Assembly (NCBI RefSeq): GCF_006345805.1
Contig: NC_043003.1
Location: forward strand, 117,118,001-117,182,000
Direction of reading: 5' to 3'
From: Octopus sinensis
Lineage: Eukaryota
Length of the DNA: 64,000 nucleotides
Below are positions 53,936-64,000 of this stretch, piece after piece. The translations under genes were made by a program, and so were the position numbers. Under the pieces are notes generated by a model. The model was not told the DNA's origin. It was given only the letters and a program-made list of their open reading frames with translations, and did not search any database. Position 1 is the stretch's first letter. Each line of letters opens with the position of its first letter.

Positions 53936-54549
53936 ACAAATTAATTTTTGAGGAGGGGCTATGCCTCTTCAAAATACACAATTCTCACTAAAAGGTGAGA
54001 CAATAAATACGCCAACAGGCAGAACAAATGCATCCGAAGCAAAGTGAAGCTTATTGCGCGCAGAAAAGTGTTAACACTAATTAACATTAATGCCAAAAAA
54101 GTATCAACGGCAAGCAATAAACCTCACTATGCTTCCAAAAATATCCAAAATGTCCTACCTGTTGCCGTAAAATGTTCAATAATTCACGTTAACACGTGAC
54201 ATTTGCCGGAGCAAAAAACAGCACGTCTGTCTGGTAAGAAGCTACTTACCACACAGCCACTCCTGCGCCTATTCATTTTTCAAATCATTTTAATCTTCCG
54301 ATTCCTTTGCCAAATATAGCCGTGTACTTCGATATGCACCAACAACTTCCTGTCAAAGGGGCGCAATCAAATCTACTTTCGATGAGATGTATTAAATTAG
54401 AGACGTATATTTAGAATGAAAAGCATTCTTATGCGATCGTGTTTATTTTACTTTCGCTTTTCTCTATTAACTTTCCTTTTCTCGTAAGAGAAGGCTCGGG
54501 AGAAAATATCCAAAGAGAGGCATGAAAGACAAGTTATAAGAGTGTGCTT

Positions 54550-54650
<101 letters not shown>

Positions 54651-54734
54651 TATATATGCATAAATACGTATAAATACATACAAGTAAGTATGTATGGATG
54701 GATGAATGCGCATATATATATATATATGTGTGTG

Positions 54735-54805
<71 letters not shown>

Positions 54806-55879
54806 AATCTATGTACATGTAATATATTGGTATATTTATGTGTATGTGCATTTAGAAAGGTATTTCGTTATATACATATCGGATTGAACTCTTAAGAGTA
54901 TACATATATATTCATGTGTGTGCGCATGTGTTTCTCTGTGTGTGTGTGTGCATCTCAGTGCACAAATATATCTGTTTCATTTAGTAACTAGATTCTGATT
55001 TTTGTCTTCATTTCTCAAATAAAAGTATTTGGGATGTTCCCTTTTGCTGGTAATCACGTGACTAGCGTTGATATATCACTTGAGCAGTTTCCTTTTTAAT
55101 GAGAATTTTTCTCATTCCACAATGATTTACTTGAAATTTTCAGGTATTTTAAATTAAATAATTATGCAAAATGTACTCAGAAATACATAAATAAGGCAAA
55201 GAGGTATTGCACACATAGTCCCACAGAACATAAGTGTACAGGGCTCACCAGGTACAAAATCGTAAGCCACGAAACACGCGTTCAACTAGATTCGGCTACG
55301 AAACTAAAACATTCACCACCCAAATAGCAATCCGTTGTAACCATAGAAATGACCATATACCAAGACCATTTGCCCTAAGCCTTGCAGGTTGGGGCAACTA
55401 CATCTTAGAAGCACCAAATCTCCTGAGTTTGCTGGTGATGTGTTATTCTTGTCTTGTATCTGTTGTTCTTGTTGATGACACTTGAGATAATCGATGTTAC
55501 TACTCAACACCGAGCCACATCCGCCCTTTGTGGTTTTCCTTACGGACACACTGGATCTCCTTGATTAATCCGACTACTCTAACAACATCTGGAAGCTGAG
55601 AATGCTTCTTTTTTTCTTCATCATAGACGACACGTTCGTCCCAGGGATCGCTTATTTTCCCAGCACTGAATACGACGGGCTCACCCAAGTTCATGAAACG
55701 AGGTGGTGGGAAACACATGATTCCAACAACCTCACTTTTTGAGCAGTACTTTATTTTATCGGCCCCGAAAAAGTAAGAGGTAAAGTTGATCTTGCAGGGG
55801 TTTTTAATCAAAACAAAAAACAAAAGCCGGAGCTAATTAGTCGAAACATTTTTACCAAACTCTCTTATGATGACGATAA

Positions 55880-56890
55880 TAATATCCAAGCCCAACAGCA
55901 TAATAGAAGTAGGGCAATTCTTGTTGCAAAGAAGGTGAAAACAATGCACTGGCACCGAAAAATAGCACACGACCAATTGGCTGATAGGTGAGAACAAAAA
56001 CCTCTGCAGGGCAAAAGATCCAGTTGATATAGACCAGTGCCTATCGGTAGAGAATGAAGGCTTCATCGTAGCTGCCTAAGAACAAAGCTTATTGTCCCGG
56101 AACTACCAAGCCAATGTGATGAAAAATTGAGTAGACTCCAAAGTGCTAGTTCTGTAACGATGAGATTGAAACAGTGGACCACCGAATCTCTGGGTGTATG
56201 GTTTTAGCACCAGTAGAATATAAATCAAGACATGACAGATTTGACCAACATCTACACTGGGTAATATGTCGGCATTATCAAATCAAAACGGTTGAGAAAT
56301 GGTACAATCACCACCCTGAGGCTGTAATGGAGGGAGAAAATGTAACTATTCTTTGAGACTTCTCAATATGCACATACCGGACCATCAAGGCAAATAAAAT
56401 AGATATTGATTTGAAAGAAAAAAGCAATGAAGTCTATTTATTGATTGACATGAGCAAACCTTGTGATGATAATATCTCGGCAAAAGAATTTGATAAACTC
56501 AGAAAATATAAGGATTTCCTAATCGAAATCGATTGAAAAATGTGGCATCTCAAGACGGTTACAATAACAGTGATTGTAGGAGCACTTGAAATGAACAAAA
56601 AAAATAGGGATCTGAAAATTATTTGAGAATGATCCCTGGCTTACCATCGATGCAAGAAATGCAAAACATTGTTTTAACTTGTAGAAGAACATTGTCAATG
56701 TGAATTTGTTTTCGTTTTTCGTTTTTCTTTTCTCTTATTTTTTTAGTTTTTCTTTTTTTCTTTTTTCTTTCTTCCTTCCCTTTTTATTCCACCACATAAC
56801 TTGACTTTGTAAATGAACAATCTGGCCTACCAATGTATACAGTGAGTTTGTGAGTTTATTTTCCCTCGGCAAGAAATAAAAACAAAATAG
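55880..56890 (+). mobile_element. 3' part of an R4/Dong-like RLE retrotransposon ending in (AAT)n
   Basis: EGFIVAA.EQSL, ETVDHRISGC (CCHC), YKSRHDR, RTIKANKIDI, LLIDMSKP, KLRKYKD and VIVGAL, followed by (AAT)n. Confidence 0.85.
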
Positions 56891-56906
56891 TAATAATAAT
56901 AATAAC

Positions 56907-56955
<49 letters not shown>

Positions 56956-56993
56956 GTAATAATAATAATAGTAATAATAATAATAATAATAAT

Positions 56994-57057
<64 letters not shown>

Positions 57058-57116
57058 GTAATAATAATAAAATAGTAATAATAATAATAATAATAATGTT
57101 AATAATAATAATAATA

Positions 57117-57174
<58 letters not shown>

Positions 57175-57236
57175 GTAATAATAATAATAGTAATAATAAT
57201 AATAATAATATAATAATAGTAATAATAATAATAATA

Positions 57237-57277
<41 letters not shown>

Positions 57278-57325
57278 TATAATAATAATAATAATAATGT
57301 TAATAATGTTAATAATGTTAATAAG
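56890..57325. repeat. (AAT)n microsatellite
   Basis: Directly visible. Confidence 0.97.
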
Positions 57326-57910
57326 CTACACTCCAAAAGCGATACTGACAGACTGTATGTGGCTAGAAACCTGGGTGGAAGGGGTGTTATAGGATGCAAG
57401 ATCTGTGTTGTCAACGAAAAGAGTCTGGTACATCAAACAGCAGAGTGAATCCTTCCTTGGTGCTGTTAGAAATAGCAATATGATACCCACCGAGAATCCT
57501 ATGTACCTACAAATATTCATGAAGCAAGATTCAGAAAAGAGAGGAAACAACTGCAAAATGAAACCACAGCGAGTGAAATACCTCAAAGAAATCGAAGGAA
57601 AAGAGAAGATGAACACTTGGAGATGGTTAAGAAAAAAGGTGATCTGAAATAATACCCTGAGGCATTGAAATGCAGCGCCCAAGAACCAGCTCTGAGAACT
57701 AATCACATCCAGTTCCAAATAGATATGAGTAGTGAACAGTCCTTTTGTATGATGTGTGGTAGCAGAAACGAAACAATCTCACATATTGTGAGTGAGTGTA
57801 GCAAAGTTGGTCCCCTGGAGGCTATGTGAAAAGTACGTCTTGAACCGAGCACGGAAATGGTACGAACGTGAACCAAAAGGAGTTACCGAGAACAAGACTG
57901 AACATTCTAA
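57326..57910 (+). mobile_element. Second R4/Dong-like fragment
   Basis: LHSKSDTDRLYVARNLGGRG, TWRWLRK, SAQEPALRTN and CMMCGSRNETISHIVSECSK. Confidence 0.8.
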
Positions 57911-57973
57911 GCAGTAAAGCAACAACAACAACAATACTACTACTAGTACTACTACTACTACTACTACTACTAC

Positions 57974-58024
<51 letters not shown>

Positions 58025-58759
58025 CCATGTATTTTAATTCAACTTTAAAAAAAATGAACGAACTAGTGAGTTTATTTTAATGGCCTACCAATGTATACTA
58101 TGAGTTTCTTTGCCCTAGGAGTGGGGAAGACACTCGGCAAGAAATGGAAGCAAATTTGAAAGAAGAAAAAAAAAAATAATAATAATAATAACTATAAAAT
58201 AAAATCTATAAAAGCTAATAAATCGGATATTATTATAAAAGATCAGACAAAAAAGATGTGTTTATTAATTGACGTTTTGGATGGATCGCCATTTCTGCTC
58301 TGAGCGGACGTAGCAGTCCACTTTCAGCGCTCTCTTTAGACTTTCTACTGTGGATAACACACAGTGTAATGAGCGATTACTTACAACGGGGGGCTGACTG
58401 GGCACAGGTACATCCGCAGTTTCCGATAGGGACCCGCCAATATTCAATACTGAATCGGGTGGGATTATGTGGGGATCGGTTTGAGAGGTGATGAGATTAG
58501 GGGAATATGAAGGTTGCCCAGGATCGCCAGGTGAGAAATGGTCCTCCATGATAATTTATTTTTGATGCCCCCTTACTGAATATGTTGACTAGCGGAAGAC
58601 GAATATCAGGCGTGTTCTTATTCTTGTGATCTGAATGCGAATGAAAATGAATAAAGAATTGAATAAAGCGTTACAAAACGTGATAAACTGTCAAAACACG
58701 TTTTGGGTCTAAGACACGTTCCGTATATTTCTCCTTAATTAGTGTATAGTGATTAGTAG

Positions 58760-59178
58760 AAAATGCTTCTTAAATTATAAATCCATACCTAAAATGGTTC
58801 TTAAGTGATATGAATAGATTCAGTTGGGTTTTGTGAACAATTCTACGAAGTAATTGACACTGGAGCGTCATATTAATTCCTAATTAAGTGTCTAATTAAA
58901 ACTTCTTAATTTGTTATTCTATACCCGTTTTTTCTTAAGTTTTCATTTAAGTATCACTTGTGTCTAAGGAGTAATATTCAATAAGATTCATTACTGGAGC
59001 TTAAAGTCGAATTAGATTAGTTATTTATGCAAGTTGATTATCTCATAATTGATTAATCCATACCTAAGCATACTTAAGAATCACGTTTCATGGTATTAGG
59101 ACCATTTGTACACATATTGTGCCTTACCAGTATTTTGGAGCTTCAAGTCTAATCAAATCAGGACTGGTTCTCAGACTA
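58760..59178. repeat. Dispersed AT-rich repeat (longer copy of 2740-2955, opposite strand)
   Basis: The right part matches 2740-2955 in inverted orientation; the left boundary is uncertain. Confidence 0.7.
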
Positions 59179-59179
59179 C

Positions 59180-59450
59180 ATGGGTGGTAGAATCATTTCG
59201 GTATGGATCTGGAATCTTAAACTGGCAAAAGAAAGAAGTGATGAGCATGGCTACAAAGGAAAAGAAAATATTGACAGTATACGGAGCATTCCATCCAAGA
59301 GTGATACTGGTAGGTTGTACTTGTCCAGAAGAGAGAGTGAGAAAGTTCTGATCAGCTGGTAGGATTGTGTAGAGGCAGAGGAAAACAGCTTAGATTCAAC
59401 CTTTGTTGAAGAATGTACACAAGTCCGGTATCACAAAAATTGACAACTGT
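59180..59450 (+). mobile_element. Third R4/Dong-like fragment
   Basis: FRYGSGILNWQKKE...KILTVYGAFHP, then (frameshift) SDTGRLYLSR. Confidence 0.72.
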
Positions 59451-60888
59451 GTAAAATTTCCCGAGAACGATCTCATTTGTTTCGTGTATTAGTCCTTTAT
59501 GATAGATTACCATGTAACTGACATCCATCGCATTGCTAACTATTAAAATGTAATGGAGTGTCTAAACATAATGCAGACGCTGTGAGGATCAAGCTCGGTC
59601 TTTACTTGGAGGACAGCAGCTACATAAATAAGAAGAGCAGAGAATAGTCATACTTTATGAACGGACAGCCCATCCAGTCACTGTTCACGAATCAGTGCGT
59701 ATGCCACTGCGTCTGACACCGTCAGCGCATCAGCATCCATGACAGATCGAGTCTCACTCAATCAGTGCAACAAGTGCTTTCAACATGAAACGGAAGAGCT
59801 GGCATTCTAATGGCTCGGTGGAAACTAGAGATGGAAATGATTGCCACGTGATGAACCGATATCTACTGTTGATCCTTCAATCATTCTTAGAATGGTAGTT
59901 GCAAAATTACTAGAGCCGTATATAATTCTACCCATTTACGTTCATCTGTTCAATTCATTCTTACTTCATATTCGATTTCCGCTCCATTCTTTCAGAGTAA
60001 AGAAGTAAAATTCCAATTAAATCCTGAAATATGTTCCACAAATTATTCCTCTCTATAAAACGTGTGGCTTTGTAAATTCTCGCTGATATTTGGGTTATAT
60101 TTCTCTAAAATATTACAGGAAAGTAGATCTTTATCGAGAATCGAAAGTGGATCGCAGATTAGTATCTTCGCAAAAAAAGGCGTTGTTTTAACTGCATTCT
60201 CTTTACTAATACACGCTTCTCACCAACCCTTGAACCGCATTCTGTTACATTCCATTTACGAATATTCCTTGATAGATTAATATATATTTATAGGTTCGGT
60301 CAATCTCATAAACGAGAGAGTAAGGAGAAAAATACTTCAGTTATTAAATTTGCCGTTAGAGTGAGAAGCACGAAAAGTAAAAGACGTTTTCAGCCATAAA
60401 GTTCTTTCTTTTAACCACGCATGCTCACTCGCATCTATACATTCACACACACACTAGCACACTCTTAGACATTTACGCATACATTTTTTTTTCTCTTATT
60501 CCCTTCGGTATCTTTCTTTTAATAGCTATTCTAATTCCCACTGTTCGGGCACACACGAATACGAATACCTTTACACATACACACACACATACGCACAAAC
60601 TCATTTATATATTTATATATAAATATATATTGATGTGTGTGTAAAGCGTCGCGTGCATATGGGTGAATATGTAAAGTGTATATTTCTGCTTGTATACGTA
60701 TAAATATACACAAATGCATACATTTATGTGTATATGTAAGTGTTTTTTCAAGACCATTTGAATATATATATATATATATATATATGCATACATATATATA
60801 TACATAAATATATATATATATATATATATATATGCATACATACATACATACATATATATATGTATATATATATATACATACATATATA

Positions 60889-61021
<133 letters not shown>

Positions 61022-61219
61022 ATATATTGACGTACATGGACCTACGTCTTCAGAAGATACGTTAAGAGAAATAAGAGGTTTTTTCTTGATATACAGAAAC
61101 ATAATCATAAACACGCGCACACCCCCGCACGCACACACCCGCACGCACACACACACACAAGTACAAACACGCCTATCTGCGGATGTGTGTGTCTCTGTCA
61201 TTTCTTGTATCTGCGCAAA

Positions 61220-61258
<39 letters not shown>

Positions 61259-61394
61259 TATATTTATATATATGTGCTTGTGTGTACGCGTGTATACATG
61301 CACATACATGTATGTGTAAATGTATATATATATATATAGGTGTGTGTGTGTGTGTATATGTATGTATATATATATATATATATAATATATATAT

Positions 61395-61436
<42 letters not shown>

Positions 61437-62039
61437 CATGTATATATATATCTTATCTATATCTACATATATTATCGTCGTGTGTCCTTTTGGGTGCCAT
61501 TCTTAGAAGTGGTAATCTATCTCTATTATACACGAGACAGAAAGTTCTTAACAAGAAATCAGGCAATTCCTTCATCCATTTTCTACTGCCTCTCTAATTG
61601 TGTCAGTTTTGGTAATGGTATATTTGGAATTACGTTATGAGTTATGCTGACAGTTGTTCCAATCTATCCAAGTTCGTTGTCTCAAAGGCAGTTAGAACAA
61701 TAAAATTGAGTCTCTGAAATACTTTGTGAAATTACCAGTCCGTTCACGATATCGATTTTTCCAATGTCTCAAGTTCATAATTTATATGGGAAATAGTAAA
61801 AGAGTTTGAGGTATATCTAAGAATATAACTGGTACTATATTCTTCAAATACATAAGGCGGGAAATGGTAAATAATTTGAAATAAAAACAACGAAAAAAGA
61901 AACTAAATGCTGGAAGCCAATTCAAAGAATATACACCAGATTCTGCTCTTTTGCTCTGAATAATTTTGAAGTGATATTTGGATCTAAAGTCCATTCATAC
62001 TTCTACTAAGAGATCCCAATAAAAGAAAAACAGGAAAGG

Positions 62040-62420
62040 ACACCGTCAAAATTGACAGAATGCTTATTGTATTCTACGAAAAAGGGTTGAGAAGGATTGT
62101 GAGAACCTACCAGTAGCTCATTCAAGCAATGTAAACATTTTAAAGAAGACCAACACAAGGTCACTTAGCGAAATCCTCACGGGACGAAACTGAAAACTAC
62201 TCGATCACATATTCCGGCTGGCCAAACGACGCGAATTTAAAATAGCTTTCGAAAGGAGACCACTGGGTGGAGGGGGGAGAAAACGGAAAACTACACGGCG
62301 CAAAACATTCGTGAGCTACATGAGATCGGTCAATAGCACATGGCTTGATGCAGATAAAACCGCAGCCAACAGACATAAGTAGCGTCAAATTCCTGCCAAA
62401 TATGCTCGAAAGCGCAGAAA
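62040..62420 (+). mobile_element. Highly decayed RTE-like 3' fragment
   Basis: KLLDHIFRLAKRREFKIAFERRPLGGGGRKRKTTRRKTF resembles RTE C-terminal motifs. Confidence 0.45.
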
Positions 62421-62834
62421 GAACTAATAAATATAAAGTACGTCTTTGGAGCAAAATGGAATTTCGTTGCTAGCAAGATTTTAATGGTTGAGATTAAAAG
62501 AGGGCAACGGAGGACTGTTATGGCTTTTAATCTGACAATTTCCCAATTCAGTTTTTCTCCCAGTTCATTCCGTTTATATTATTGTAGCTGGAAATGTCAT
62601 AAATTCCTACATATCATAAATTCACCACATATCAACCGGACATTCGTCTTTCCTGCGAAGGCTAAACACGTGGAGTAGCTAGACTTCGTTATGTGTGTTA
62701 GATTATCACTGGAAGCTCTGAACACATGCGTCTTCGTGTTCAGTCTAATCTATTACACGTAATAATTCATGGAAGAATAATAGAGGGATAAAGGTACAAA
62801 TGGGCTCCTTGCAACAAACTCATCTTTTATATTA

Positions 62835-63045
62835 GTTTCAAATTTTGGCACAAGGCCAGCAATATGGGGGGAAGGGAATAAGTCGTGTACATCAACCCCA
62901 GTACTCAACTGGTAGTTATTTTATCGGCCGAACTGGATGAAGACCAAAGTCAACTTCAATAAAATTTGAGCTCAGAACGTAAATACGGACGAAATGCTGC
63001 CAAGTATTTTGTTCGGCACTGTAACGATTCAGTCAATTTGCCGCC
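62835..63045 (-). mobile_element. SINE family B, diverged
   Basis: Reverse-complement similarity to 33299-33512. Confidence 0.72.
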
Positions 63046-63434
63046 CTCAATTCTCTCTTTTATATTGGAGTTTAGTATTTCCAAATATTTATCAATGATA
63101 AGGCGTGTGGAAGTAGAAGTCGTGTTCTTTTGTTTAAATGAACGAAAGGATGAAGCAATGGGCATGTTTTTTGTGTACTGCTCCGTTCGCACGCGAGTTT
63201 GTGTGTGTGTATGTGTGTGTGTGTGCGCGCGTGTGTGTATGTATGTGTTTATATACTGATCATAAAGATAAGTGGTTCTCAGGTAGATGCGCTGCGCTAA
63301 CTGTTAATATAAATTGCTAATATGAAACATTTGTTTTTTTCTTTCCTTATATATTTAGTCATTCTTCTTCCCATCCACCCCACAATATTCGGCGGTTCAA
63401 ACACTACAGGTTACGATTGCTATGTATAATACCA

Positions 63435-63850
63435 ATTTCTTTATTACCCACAAGGGGTTAAACACAGAGAGGACAAACAAAGACAGACAACCGGATTAAG
63501 TCGATTACATCGACCCCAGTGCGTAACTGGTACTTATTTAATCGACCCCGAAAGGATGAAAGGCAAAGTCGACCTCGGCGGAATTTGAACTCAGAACGTA
63601 GCGGCAGACGAAATACCTATTTCTTTACTACCCACAAGGGGTTAAACACAGAGGGGACAAACAAGGACAGACAACCGGATTACGTCGATTATATCGACCC
63701 CAGTGTGTAACTGGTACTTAATTAATCGACCCCGAAAGGATGAAAGGCAAAGTCGACCTCGGCGGAATTTGAACTCAGAACGTAGCGGCAGACGAAATAC
63801 AGCTAAGCATTTCGTCCGACGTGCTAACGATTCCGCCAGCTCGCCGCCTT
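63435..63850 (-). mobile_element. SINE family B with a tandemly duplicated body
   Basis: Two ~183 bp body copies followed by the head GCTCGCCGCC. Confidence 0.92.
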
Positions 63851-64000
63851 CTATGCTGTGCATAATACCAAACAGCACGAAGGTAGGGAAACATACTTGA
63901 AAACTTACACTCTGAACTGTAAAATTATGCATCACTATTATTGAAGATAAAAGAAAAGGGATCAAAGGTCCGTCCCTTTAATCTCATAAAAACGGTTTCC

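Larger units (their letters stand above)
52124..54238 (-). mobile_element. ORF1-only (HAL1-like) non-autonomous non-LTR retroelement, ~2.1 kb
   Basis: A 9-bp TSD AAGCTACTT lies at 52115-52123 and 54239-54247. The 5' end is CTTACCAGACAGACGTGC, the 5' UTR has tandem repeats, there is a single ORF, the 3' end is GAAATAA, and there is no room for an ORF2. Confidence 0.8.
51730..54271 (-). mobile_element. SINE family A split by the ORF1-only element (pieces 51730-52123 and 54239-54271)
   Basis: The SINE sequence stops at ...TTAGCAAGCTACTT and resumes at AAGCTACTTACCACACAGCCACTCCTGCGCC. Confidence 0.9.

Overview
AT-rich, microsatellite-dense eukaryotic DNA. The repeat families resemble those I recall from octopus genomes, but this is an inference and was not checked against a database. 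No host protein-coding gene can be supported, and nearly all ORFs in the track are translations of microsatellites or SINEs. The window is a mosaic of mobile elements: three tRNA-derived SINE families; decayed mariner, Tc1, R4/Dong-like, HERO/NeSL-like, CR1 and RTE elements; three non-autonomous Helitrons; a 5'-truncated Penelope-like element (PLE); and an ORF1-only (HAL1-like) retroelement with an intact zinc-knuckle ORF. The most striking unexplained signal is a set of type I hammerhead ribozyme motifs with palindromic helix III. They lie inside short non-coding elements embedded in (TA)n tracts. Two of these (15.8 kb and 22.9 kb) are related ~485-490 bp units with the same inverted-plus-tandem, Penelope-like architecture, making them candidate retrozymes. 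Several others carry a compensatory U3-A8 catalytic core in place of C3-G8. All coordinates were read by eye, and the ends of decayed elements are approximate.
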